Source: Craspedostauros australis (taxonomy: Eukaryota). Taken from it: a stretch of 26,463 bases of DNA. The notes below the pieces were generated by a model. It did no database searches and was not told the origin of the DNA. It worked only from the letters and a program-made list of their open reading frames with translations. The stretch spans positions 62,001-88,463 of the forward strand of contig JALAGF010004522.1 in assembly GCA_030167865.1 (NCBI GenBank). Direction: 5' to 3'. A program made the translations under genes and the position numbers. How positions within the stretch are numbered: position 1 is the first letter of the stretch; the number at the start of each line of letters is the position of its first letter. This document shows positions 1 to 10,617 of this stretch, one piece after another.

Positions 1-113
1 CGTCACTATCACTGGCACAAACAGAGCACACGACACAAACTACACAAACTACACACACAACACACGCTACCAAGGAATTGACAATCCCGGCGACCGAAAC
101 AGCTCGAACCTTG

Positions 114-329
114 ATGGATGCACACCCAAGTGCAGCAGAGCCGTGGATGCAGAAAGATAGCTTTGCCTTGGTGCCAGACCCTGCGAACGTAAGTCTCTTC
201 GCGGCTCCTGCAATTGCCGCTTCGAAACCCGTGACAGAATCAGTCAAAGAACCTGCCAGCATCATCGCGCAGCATCAATTCGACTCTTCCTGCCATCCTC
301 TGTCCCGTAACAAGCACCGTCCACAACGA

Positions 330-369
<40 letters not shown>

Positions 370-3353
370 GGGGACACTCGCACCAGTCGCCACCCAGACG
401 CACCATCACGCCGTCATTCCTGTCTGTAAATCTGCATCGATACATCTTCGCTTGCCTTTGCGTTGGTCTGCATCTGCGCGGTCTGGTGCCAACAGCAGCA
501 GCTTTTGCGACCGCGTTCCCGTTCGCTCGCAACACACCCTCTCCAAACTGCGCCGTTGCTTGGGACAGCAGCGATAGCACCAATCAAAACGCCAACATCG
601 AAATAGCAACGATGCTGTCTCATGCGAGACGCACAACTGTGCTGCGCAACGTCAGGCACCCAGGGTGCAAGTCCAGGGGATCGCGATCTGCATGTGGTCC
701 GTTGCACCTTCTTCCGCAGCTGTCATCGCATTCACAAACATGCGCGGGCACCCATGGACTTGGAAGCACTCGTGCACAGGCGACATCATTCCTGGAACCG
801 TTGTCGGCGCAAATCAGCAGGAGAGGCAATTTGACTGGAACCAGACAGCATTCACGATCAGCACTTGCCGCGGCGAGGGCACCATCGTCCTCTTCATCTC
901 TCAGCAGCTGCAGCAGCAGCGGCAACAACTTTGGTTGGGGTTCCAACAACCACCACCGCCATCATCATTATCAACAGCAGAAACAGCAGCAGCATCAACG
1001 GCAACATAGACAGCAGTCAATCCAATCGCGCTCTATTTACACGGTCGGACATGACCCGCAATTTAGCAGACTGCAGAAACGGTGGGAATCATCGCTCAAA
1101 ACAGCCTCCATGTCACCTGATAAAGTAGTTCTTGAGCACGATGATGCAACGGATCATGCCAAGTCTCCAGAGACGACGGCCTCCAACGGAGAAGTTGAGC
1201 CGAAGGTACCACCAGTCAATGGAGCAGGCACAAATGGCGCCGTGCCGATGACAACAGAAGAAGATGAACTGCTCGAAGGCCTCACCAGCCGCCCTGTGCC
1301 AGGTGGGAACTGGAACGTGAAAGACCCACTCGGTTGGGCCAAGGATTTTGGCGGCAGGTCTCCAGAATACGAAGCGGAGCTGCAGCAAAAGATCAAGCTC
1401 AAGGACGGCGACGAAGGGTACTTCGATGTCAAGGGCGTCAAGGTGGACAAAATCACCATCGTGCGGACAAAGGAGCAGGCAGCCAAAGTCATGAAGGTCC
1501 TGATGGACGCAGATACCTCCATCTTCCACGCCTGCGATACGGAGGTCATGGATATCGATCTCAAGACCGTCGGTCCTGTCGGCAACGGATACGTTACATG
1601 CGCCAGCGTCTACTCGGGTCCAACCTTCGACTACGGTCTCGGCGATGGGCCAGGCACCATGCTGTGGATCGACAACCTCGATGACGCATGCGGCATCCTG
1701 CAGGAATTTAAGCCGTGGTTCGAGGACCACACCAAGCTCAAGGTGTGGCACAACTACGGCTTCGATCGCCATGTCATGTGGAACGAGGGCATCAACTGCC
1801 TTGGCTTCGGTGGAGACACCATGCACATGGCGCGCCTGCAAGACACGGCCCGGAATTCCAACGGACGAGGCGGCTACAGCCTAGAGTCCCTGACGAAGGA
1901 ACTTCTGGAGGAATTCAAGACGCCCATGAAGGAGCTCTTCGGAGTGCCGAGGAAAAGGAAGGATGGTTCCGACGGCAGCATCAAGGATATACCGCCCATC
2001 GAAGTGTTGCAGCGCAATCCGGAGTTTCGAGAAAGATTCATCGAGTACTCCGCCATCGACGCGAAGAGCACGTGGGAGCTGCATGAAAATTTGACAGACA
2101 AGCTCCGCAACACCGCGTGGCTGTCGGGCAAACACAAATACAATCTCTACGACTACTACTTCCACAACATGCGTGAATTCGGCCACGTGCTGACAGACAT
2201 GGAACGACGCGGGATCCGCGTGAATGCCAAGGATTACCTCGCCAAGGTGGAGGTGCAGGCACGCAAGGACCGCGACGAGCACTCCTTGACATTCAGGCGG
2301 TGGGCGGCCAAGAAGATCGGGATCGATGGACTTGCCCTGAATCCCGCCAGTGCCACGCAGCTTGCCACGTTCCTCTTCGGCGGTGCGAAGAATACAAAGA
2401 CCGAGGAACCCAGCGCGAGAGAGCGAGAATTCAAGGTACCTCGTGAGGAAATCCCGGAGGATGCGCTGGAAACGCTGAAGTTGAAGCAGGAGACCAAGGA
2501 GCGAGAGGCCAAGCAAGCGAAAGGGGAGAGCTTGGAAAGCGACGAGCTGGATGGCATGACTACTCCACAGCTGAAGGTGCTGTGTCGGGAGCAAGGTCTG
2601 AAGCTGTCCGGAACGAAGGCCGAGGTGAAGACACGCATCCGTGAACATTTGTTGACCACCACGAAGGGACAGGTCGAAAACGCGGCTGGCATTTTGAGCA
2701 TCGCTTCAACGAAGGACAAGGCAGGCGGAGCACCAGCGAAGAAGGGTGGGTTGGAAAGTCTGACAGTTGCTAAACTCAAAGTGTTGCTCAAAGAGAATGG
2801 GCTGAAGGTTTCCGGGAGGAAGGCAGACCTAATCGCCAGACTTCATGAGGCAGGTGTCGGCGATGATGACGATGATGACGACGGAGATGGAGATGGTGGC
2901 GTCAACGGTGTGAATGGTGCGAACGGTGCGTCCGCTGAGTTCATCGACGACATCCAAGATGATTTCACGAACATGTCCGACGCTGAGCTGCGGGATTGCG
3001 TCAAGATCAGGTCACTTCCTGTCGACGGCGGCCGGGCGGAGCTGCTCCGTGCCCTGAGAGGCGATGTCGAGCACTGCAAACAGCTCGCTTCGGTTACGAC
3101 AGTATCCAACGAGAAGGCCTACACGTCCGTTGCACAGGCTTTGGAATCCATGGCATCCAAGAGTTCTTCGGTGCAAGAAGTAATGGAATCTCTGAAGGAG
3201 GCCAAGTTGGCGCAAAAGTACATCGATATCACCATCCGCAGCCTTGGCATGGAGCCAACCAAGTATACCAATGGAGGCGCGCCTAGCGTGACGGCAGATG
3301 CATTGAGAGAGCTGGCAGGCGACCCATTCGCTGATCCACCAAAATATGGAACG
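114..3353 (+). CDS. Organellar family A DNA polymerase (POP type), exon 1: presequences, 3'-5' exonuclease, thumb with SAP insert
   Basis: The ORF-track start at 78 is TTG. The first in-frame ATG is 114 and an alternative is 612, so the true start is uncertain. ExoI FHACDTEV (~1524), ExoII KVWHNYGFDRH (~1740), ExoIII YSAIDAKSTW (~2046), DMERRGIRV, thumb NPASATQLATFLFGG and YTNGGAPSVTADAL. Ends at phase-0 donor ACG|GTACGT. Confidence 0.93.
330..368 (+). repeat. CAA(CAG)11CAA microsatellite; polyQ13 if translated from ATG114
   Basis: Read directly from the sequence. Confidence 0.95.
2541..3065 (+). other. Three SAP-like helix-extension-helix domains within the polymerase
   Basis: LDGMTTPQLKVLCREQGLKLSGTKAEVKTRI (~2547-2640), LESLTVAKLKVLLKENGLKVSGRKADLIARL (~2751-2843) and the more divergent FTNMSDAELRDCVKIRSLPVDGGRAELLRAL (~2964-3056). 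All fit the SAP consensus L..LtV.eLk..L...GL..sG.K.eLi.RL. Confidence 0.85.
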
Positions 3354-3677
3354 GTACGTGTACTAGCATGCGTACCATGCTGACGTACTCTATGTATGAT
3401 GGGGCTATCCCGCGTTGACGTGGCACATGCATGTGCATGCGCATGTGTGCGGATGCCCACACTTGCCATACACTCTGTTGTACTCACGCTGCTTCCTTCT
3501 GCAATTGATTACGTATCAATGCCCTTTCGAGCACGGTTACGATTGCTACTCTACTACTCTATTCTACTTTGCACCACTGGCGTACTCCACCCACCCCCGT
3601 CGTGGCCATGACCATCCATGGTTGGTACGGATCTCTCTCATCCTTGATCGCAATCGATCGACATACGGGGAATATAG
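3354..3677 (+). other. Spliceosomal intron of the DNA polymerase gene (324 nt, phase 0)
   Basis: GTACGT...AATATAG. Splicing gives KYGT|AYEFFGKGKDGHEACVALFSLCSLGSIDTMIGNF, which matches the POP-type segment recalled from plant enzymes (YGTAY..FG.G..G.EAC.A...LC...SID..I.NF). Confidence 0.92.
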
Positions 3678-4730
3678 GCGTACGAATTTTTCGGCAAGGG
3701 AAAAGATGGTCACGAGGCATGCGTCGCGCTTTTCAGCCTTTGCAGTCTGGGCTCAATTGACACCATGATTGGCAACTTCTTCACCAGCCTGCAGTCGCTG
3801 TCGGATCATCAAAGCCGCGTTCATTGTTCGTTGAATTTGAACACGGAAACAGGCCGTCTGTCGGCGCGGCGGCCCAACCTGCAGAACCAACCGGCCTTGG
3901 ACAAGGACAAGTACAAAATCCGCAAGGCCTTCGAGGCATCGCCGGGCAACCACCTGATCGTCGCTGATTACGGACAGCTCGAGTTGCGTTTGCTTGCCTC
4001 GTTCACGCAATGCCAATCCATGATTGCTGCATTCAAATCAGGCGGTGACTTTCATTCGCGTACGGCGATGGACATGTTCGACTACGTGAAGCAGAAGCTC
4101 GATGATGGAGAGGTGTTGCTCGAGTGGGATTACGCCAACGGCGACCCTCCAAAGCCATTGCTCAAGGATATGTATGCGTCAGAACGCCGCAAGGCCAAGA
4201 CGCTGAATTTTTCGATCGCGTACGGGAAGACGGCGCATGGGCTCAGTCAGGACTGGGGCGTGTCGAGGGAAGATGCTCAGGAAATGCTGAACAAGTGGTA
4301 CGATGCCCGTCCAGAGGTGAGGAAATGGCAACACGATACCAAGCAGCACGCTCTGGCGACGGGCCACACACGCACCATGATGGGACGGTACAGACATCTG
4401 CCGGGCGCACGGAGCAAGGATAGACGACTCATGGCCGCGAGCGAGCGCGCAAGTATCAACACTCCGATCCAAGGCGGGGCGGCGGACGTGGCCATGATGG
4501 CGATGAACAAGATCAACAGGAGCAAGAAGCTGAAGAGGCTTGGATGGATCTTGATGTTGCAGATCCATGACGAGGTGATATTGGAAGGGCCGAAGGAGAC
4601 CGCCGAGGAGGCTTTCAAGGAGGTGATCGATTGCATGGAGAACCCTTGGGTGTACGGTTTGAACAAGACAGCTGTGCCGCTCCTGGTGGACGGATCGTTC
4701 AAGTACACGACTTGGTACGAGGCGAAGTAA
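3678..4730 (+). CDS. Organellar family A DNA polymerase (POP type), exon 2: palm/fingers
   Basis: TETGRLSARRPNLQNQP, motif A IVADYGQLELRLLA, motif B RRKAKTLNFSIAYG, ERASINTPIQGGAAD, motif C LQIHDEVILEG, C-terminal WYEAK*. Spliced product is 1430 aa from ATG114 or 1264 aa from ATG612. Confidence 0.96.
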   Translation, partial: AYEFFGKGKDGHEACVALFSLCSLGSIDTMIGNFFTSLQSLSDHQSRVHCSLNLNTETGRLSARRPNLQNQPALDKDKYKIRKAFEASPGNHLIVADYGQLELRLLASFTQCQSMIAAFKSGGDFHSRTAMDMFDYVKQKLDDGEVLLEWDYANGDPPKPLLKDMYASERRKAKTLNFSIAYGKTAHGLSQDWGVSREDAQEMLNKWYDARPEVRKWQHDTKQHALATGHTRTMMGRYRHLPGARSKDRRLMAASERASINTPIQGGAADVAMMAMNKINRSKKLKRLGWILMLQIHDEVILEGPKETAEEAFKEVIDCMENPWVYGLNKTAVPLLVDGSFKYTTWYEAK

Positions 4731-5247
4731 TTACCTGGTGCGAGTCCTGAGGACGCACGAGTACGAGCTAGAATAGGGCACGGCAAGAACACCATACGAT
4801 GGCAGTACGATACAAGTACAGTATGTGCTTCAGTATTGTAGAGTAGAGTACTTCACAATCGCGGTAGCGAATGGGACAATGGCTGAGACAGTCACTGCGC
4901 ACACGCGCGATGCAACTGCCTCCTCAAACATATTTGTGGTTGTAGTAGTACATACCTCCGATCATCGGGCAGATCGTGGAAGTTGCGAGGAGGACGCGTT
5001 CTTGCATCAGCACGCATACCAGCACTGCCACAGATAGACTAGACAACATCGAGTAGACCCTCAATTCGATCTGATGTTGTGCCAACTCGGTTCAATGAAG
5101 CTCTTTCTGTTCATGATGACGTTGTTTAAAATATTCAGTTTGTGCTGCCTTTGATACTCATGAGCACTCGAGCATGTATGCCGTGGATGTTTGCTTGTGC
5201 TCGTACCACCAACTGGTGATGCGCTGCTCCGGAAGAAGACAGAAAAG

Positions 5248-6903
5248 TTAGTCTGCGCACCGCTGTGTTTGCTCTGGGTTCAGCTGTCCGCCGACAGGAA
5301 GGAAGCACATCTCTCCATCCGGGGCGGAGGCGGACACTCGAAGTGGCACGGCGGCTGGATCTTCCTCGACAACGGTGACGATGGCGGACTGGCTCTCTGA
5401 TGGTGGGTATACCTGCCAGAACTTGCCCTTCTCTTCCTCCCAGTTGTTGAGGATCTCGGCACCGCGCTTGCTGCCTGTGAGATCGTTGTGACGCTCGATC
5501 ATGGTGCGGAGCTGGGCCTCTCCCTCTGGTGTGACGATGCGCTGCTTCTTGACGATCTCGGTGTTGAGCTTGTCTTCGAACTCACCGTCGATGTCGTAGA
5601 AGTATCCGATACCTCCGGTCATACCAGCACCGACATTTCTTCCGACGGTTCCGAGGATGACGACAACACCTCCGGTCATGTACTCGCAGCAATGGTCTCC
5701 TGCTCCCTCGGCGACGGCGAATGCTCCGCTGTTACGGACACCGAAACGTTCTCCGGTGCGGCCTTCGGCGTGGAAGTCTCCTCCGGTGGCACCGTAAAGG
5801 CAGGCATTTCCGACAATGCTGGAATCGGCGGCCACGAAGCCGGCGTTCTTGCTTGGGACGACGACGATCTCTCCTCCGTGCATGCCCTTTCCGACGTAGT
5901 CGTTGGCCTCACCCTCAAGACGCATGGAGAGTCCTGGAAGGGTGAATGCTGCGAAGGACTGTCCTGCGCTTCCCTCGAATTCGACGGTGATCTTACCCTT
6001 GAATCTGTTGTTTCCGTGGGCGCGGGCGATATCTCCGGAAAGCATGGCTCCTGTGCTTCGATCAGTGTTCTGGATCTTGTACTGCACGGCGGCCTCGCCT
6101 TCGTTGTCGCTGATGACCTTGACAACTGCATCGTTCTTGCAAATGTCACGGTCGAGATCAGTGCTGAATCCGTTGATGTGGACAATCTCCTCCTTCATGA
6201 CCTGGGCACCGCCCTCCATGGTTGCGCGGAGGAAGGAGCGGTCTTCGGAGGTGTTTGGGATTCCGGAGAAGAACTGGTCGACGTCCATCGACTTGGTCTT
6301 CGCGACACGTCCCATGTTGGTCTCGCTGCTCTTCATGAGGTCGGCACGGCCAATGAGGTCCTCGAATCTGGTGTATCCCAAGTGGGCCATCAGTTCACGG
6401 ATCTCCGCAGCGACGAACTCGAAGAAGTTGACGACGTGCTCTGGTGTTCCTGGGAACTTCTTACGGAGCTCCTCCTTCTGACTGGTGACGCCAACTGGGC
6501 AAGTGTTCAAGTGGCAAACGCGGGCCATGACACAACCCTCGGCAATCATGGCGATGGTTCCGAAACCAAATTGCTCAGCACCCAACATGGCTGCGATGAC
6601 GACGTCACGCCCGGTGCGGACACCGCCATCGGCGCGGAGAGTGACGCGATCACGAAGTCCGTTGTTGTACAAGGCGGAATGGGCCTCGGCAAGTCCGAGT
6701 TCGAATGGGCATCCTGCGTGCTTGATGGAAGACAGTGGGGAAGCTCCGGTACCTCCGTCACCTCCGGAGATCTGGATAACATCCGCGTCGGCCTTGGCAA
6801 CACCACAGGCGACAGTTCCGATACCGATTGAAGAAACGAGCTTGACGGAAACGCCGGCCTTCTCGTTCACGGCGTGCAAGTCATGAATGAGCTGGGCGAG
6901 ATC
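5248..6903 (-). CDS. glsF: Fd-GOGAT exon 4: FMN/3Fe-4S domain, GXGXG beta-helix, C-terminal tail
   Basis: DLAQLIHDL, GGTGASPLSSIKHAG, 3Fe-4S motif CVMARVCHLNTCPVGV, GSAGQSF, GEANDYVGKGMHGG, GERFGVRNSGA, GDHCCEYMTGG. No fused NAD(P)H small subunit. The four exons total 5115 nt = 1704 aa + stop. Confidence 0.97.
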   Translation of the reverse strand, partial: DLAQLIHDLHAVNEKAGVSVKLVSSIGIGTVACGVAKADADVIQISGGDGGTGASPLSSIKHAGCPFELGLAEAHSALYNNGLRDRVTLRADGGVRTGRDVVIAAMLGAEQFGFGTIAMIAEGCVMARVCHLNTCPVGVTSQKEELRKKFPGTPEHVVNFFEFVAAEIRELMAHLGYTRFEDLIGRADLMKSSETNMGRVAKTKSMDVDQFFSGIPNTSEDRSFLRATMEGGAQVMKEEIVHINGFSTDLDRDICKNDAVVKVISDNEGEAAVQYKIQNTDRSTGAMLSGDIARAHGNNRFKGKITVEFEGSAGQSFAAFTLPGLSMRLEGEANDYVGKGMHGGEIVVVPSKNAGFVAADSSIVGNACLYGATGGDFHAEGRTGERFGVRNSGAFAVAEGAGDHCCEYMTGGVVVILGTVGRNVGAGMTGGIGYFYDIDGEFEDKLNTEIVKKQRIVTPEGEAQLRTMIERHNDLTGSKRGAEILNNWEEEKGKFWQVYPPSESQSAIVTVVEEDPAAVPLRVSASAPDGEMCFLPVGGQLNPEQTQRCAD

Positions 6904-7173
6904 CTGTTCATGTGCAAGGCAGGTATTCGAGGGGGCGTGTTGGTGGCATTGAGGAATCGAGTGAACGAACCGGCAACCAAATCAACAAGATGATGAGATA
7001 CGTGTGTGCGTGCGTGTAACAATGGCGATACGGAAGGGGGTGTGAGAAGAGAGGAAGGACGCGACAATGAAACGAAGAAAAATGGGTTGCCATGATGAAA
7101 TGAATGCCGTGCGGCACAGTGGAACAGCAACAACAACAACAAATGATGACGGTGGCAGCGAAAGATGACGTAC
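6904..7173 (-). other. Fd-GOGAT intron 3 (270 nt, phase 0)
   Basis: GTACGT...GAACAG. Restores the conserved HHDIYSIE|DLAQLIHDL. Confidence 0.95.
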
Positions 7174-9026
7174 CTCGATACTGTAAATGTCGTGGTGTGG
7201 TGGTGGGGAAATGAGTGTGACGCCCTGCTTGCTGGCACGGAGTCCAGCGATGTACTCGGAGACCTTTGGTCCTGGGAGCTGTCCACCCTCGCCTGGCTTG
7301 GCACCTTGGGCGATCTTGATCTCGAGCTGCTTGGCGGTGACCAAGAATTCTGGTGTGACACCGAAGCGTCCGCTGGCAACCTGATGCACGAAAGAGTTGG
7401 CGGAGTCGCCGTTCTTGAGTCCGGCGAGGTGCGGGAATGTTGGGGAGCGGCCCTTCTCGTCGACATCCTGGAGTGGCTTGCCGCGGATGGTGTCCTCTCC
7501 ACCCTCTCCAGAGTTGGACTTTCCTCCGATACGGTTGACGGCGATGGCAAGGGTTTCGTGGGCCTCGCGGCTGAGGGCACCGAGCGACATGGCACCGGTA
7601 CAGAAACGGGTCATGATGGAGGCTGCGGATTCGACCTCCTCGATTGGGACGCTCTCCTTGTCAGATTCGAAATCGAGCAAGTCGCGGATGCTGGCAAGCG
7701 GGGCTGTCTCGATGCTCTCCTTGAAGATCTCGTAGTTGGCAACGCTGGCTGGCTTCACTCCGTCATTCTCGACCTGGTCGCGGGTGGTGGCGGCGCTGAC
7801 AGTCTTGTCAAGGCCGATGGCGGCATGCAGGCGCTTGGCCAAGTCGGAGGAGTTGACGTGATATTCTCCGCTGCGTGGCACTGGCTTGTAGTATCCGTAG
7901 TTAACGAGCTTCATCTTCTCCTTGATGGCTTCAGGACGCATGAGGGCAGTCTCGGCTGCCAAGTCTTCCAGTCCCATACCACCAATACGGCTGACGGTTC
8001 CCTTGAAGGAGCGGTTGATAACGTCATCGCCAAGTCCGAGAGCCTCGAAGATCTGGGCGCCGGCGTAAGATGTGAGGAGGGAGATACCGATCTTGGAGAG
8101 GATCTTCAGCATACCATTCTCGACAGCGGTTCTGTAGTTCTCCTGTGCTTCCTCGACGGTGGTTCGCTTGAGCTTGTTGCTGTCCATCTTCTTCTGCGTG
8201 ATGCTATCTCCGTGCCACTTCTTGACACTCTCGAAGGCCATGTATGGGTGGACGGCGTTGGCACCGTATCCGACGAGGCAGGCGAAGTGGTGGGTGGACC
8301 AGGCGGATCCGGTCTCGACAATAATTCCTGTGTCCATGCGCAATCCCTGCTCGATGAGCTTGTGGTGAACGGCACCGACGGCGACCATGGGTGGGATGTA
8401 GGTGGTCTCCTGGAGTCCAGACAGGTCCTTGGCCATATCGCTGAGGATCAGTACTTCGGCTCCTCCCTTGACGGCCTCGATGGCATCGTCGCAGAGCTTG
8501 TCCAATGCGCTCACAATTCCTGCTGGGCCTTCCGTGAGATCGTAACGGGTGGAGAGTGTGGACTGCTTGAAGCCGCCGTTGGCATCCTCTCCGAATTCCT
8601 TTACCTTGTCCATATCGACATCGTTCAAAATTGGGGACTCGAGTCCGATGAGGCGGGCACCCTCCTCGCTGACCTTGTAGATGGTTTCCTTCTTTCCTAG
8701 AGTCATTGCGAGGGACATGACGACACCCTCACGGAGTGGATCGATGGGTGGGTTGGTGACCTGGGCGAAACGCTGCTTGAAGTAGTTGTACGTGACGTGT
8801 GGGCGTTCGGAAAGGCATGCGAGTGGAGCATCGTCTCCCATGGAGTAGGTGGTCTCCTTGGCGGCACCCGCCATGTCAGCGATTTGCATACCAATGTCCT
8901 CCAGACTCCATCCGAAGCTGGACTGCGCGTAAGTGGCGGTCTTGTCATCGTAAAGACGGTCAACGGAGGCACCACCCTTGGTGATCTCCTTGCGCTGCTT
9001 GGCCAGCCACTCACCGTATGGGTGGC
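7174..9026 (-). CDS. glsF: Fd-GOGAT exon 3: central domain and start of FMN-binding barrel
   Basis: YFKQRFAQVTNPPIDPLRE, HHFACLVGYGA, KILSKIGIS, AMSLGALSREAHE, SNSGEGGED, Fd-type loop SPTFPHLAGLKNGD, QVASGRFGVT, IKIAQGAKPGEGGQLPG, LISPPPHHDIYSIE. Confidence 0.97.
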
Positions 9027-9306
9027 CTGTTGCAAGAGACGGTGTTTGTGCGACATGTGTTGCACGGATACACACAGTGAATTGAAGAATGGCGTGGTTT
9101 TCAAAATTGAGACGTTTTCCGTGTGAGAAAAAAGTTGAATTGAATTGAAGTGGATGGCACGGCGCGAACACAGTCTTTCTCAAATTTGAAAAGGTTGTGG
9201 TGTGTGTTTGCGAGATTCTGCCTGCAAGGCAATGCAGTGCAAGTATTGACAGACACAGATCAGTGTGCAAACATGGTTCATGACTGAGCGTGATGGTTGA
9301 ACTTAC
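9027..9306 (-). other. Fd-GOGAT intron 2 (280 nt, phase 1)
   Basis: GTAAGT...CAACAG. Joins EVAS-R-HPYGEWL in frame. Confidence 0.92.
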
Positions 9307-10617
9307 GGGAGGCGACTTCGCTCTTGATTCCGATGTTGTCCTTGAAGTCTCCGCTGACGAGGTCGACGTTGATCATCTGGCCAGGTCCGAGACGTCCCTT
9401 CTCGACGATGTCAGCTTCGTCGAGATCTGGGATGACACCGGTCTCACTCATCATGTACACGGTTCCGTCCTTGGTGATAGAGTAACGTGCTGGGCGGAGA
9501 CCGTTGCGATCGAGGGAGGCACCGATGGACTTTCCGTCGGAGAAAACGAGGAGAGCCGGGCCATCCCACGCCTCGAGGAGTCCTCCGTGGTACTCGTAAA
9601 AGTCGGTGATTTCTGGGTTGTTCTTGAGGTCTGGGTTCTCCATGTAGGCGGTTGGGACCATGGCCATGAGCGCGCATGGGGCGCTGTGGCTGGACTGGCA
9701 CATGAGGTCGAAGACTCCGTCGAGGTTGGCGGAGTCGGAACGGGACATGTCGACGACTGGTTCCAAAATGGCTGGGATGTCCTGGGTGTTGCACATGGTG
9801 ACGATGTTCTCGGTGGATTCGTAGTCGACAAGGTCTGGTTCGGCAGAGACGGATTCGCCATCGTCGCTGGATGCCTTGGAAGCCTCGCGGGCCTTGATCC
9901 AGTTGACGTTACCGACGAGGGTGTTGATCTCTCCGTTGTGGGCAACGACGCGCATTGGCTGTGCGAGTGGCCATCGTGGATTGGTGTTGGTGGAGAAGCG
10001 ACGGTGGTAGATGCAGAACTTGGTGGTGTAGTCCTCGTTGGTCAAATCCTTGTAAAACTGGGAAAGGACCTCGGACTTGACCATACCCTTGTAGACGATG
10101 GTGCGGGAGCTGAATGATGGGAAGTAAACATCACCATCATCGTCGTCCCACGTGAGACCATCCTGCTCGAGGGCGACGGCGAATCGGCGGCGGAGAAGGT
10201 AGAGGGTGCGCTCGAACCCGTCGTGGGTGGCATCGTCCGCGATGTCGAGACGCTCAGGGGACTTGACGAAAAATTGCCAGATGCTCGGCATGGCAGCGCG
10301 TGCCATTGGGCCTAGCACTTCTGGGTCGACTGGGACCTCACGCCAGCCGATGAAGTCGAGCTCGTTGGAGGCGAGGACCTTCTCGACGGATTCCTTGACG
10401 GCGTTGCGTCGTCCCTCATCGCGCGGCAGGAATGCCATACCGACGCCTGGCTTTGGGCAGTCGTCGGATCGGTATTCGTCGAACAATTTCCACGGGATCT
10501 CAGTCATGATACCGGCTCCGTCGCCGGAGATCTTATCTCCACCACAGGCACCACGGTGCTCCATGCAGTTGAGAGCGGCAAGGCCATCGGAAAGGACCTT
10601 GTGGGTACCGAATTCGT
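9307..10617 (-). CDS. glsF: Fd-GOGAT exon 2: glutamine amidotransferase domain
   Basis: MEHRGACGGD, GDGAGI, SSRTIVYKGM, YHRRFSTNTNPRWPLAQP, AHNGEINT, EAWDGPA, LDRNGLRPARY, KGRLGPGQMI. Confidence 0.96.

Noticed and set aside
3354-3764. Polymerase apparently split into two ORFs (pseudogene or frameshift)
   Set aside because: A canonical GT-AG intron restores the conserved sequence in frame.
5113-5200. ATGATGA resembling a snoRNA C box between convergent genes
   Set aside because: No suitably placed CTGA D box or terminal stem seen.
5488-10117. Long + strand ORFs (447, 511 and 275 aa) antisense to GOGAT
   Set aside because: They are in register with GOGAT codons and arise from the scarcity of TTA/CTA/TCA in a codon-biased gene. 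No protein motifs.
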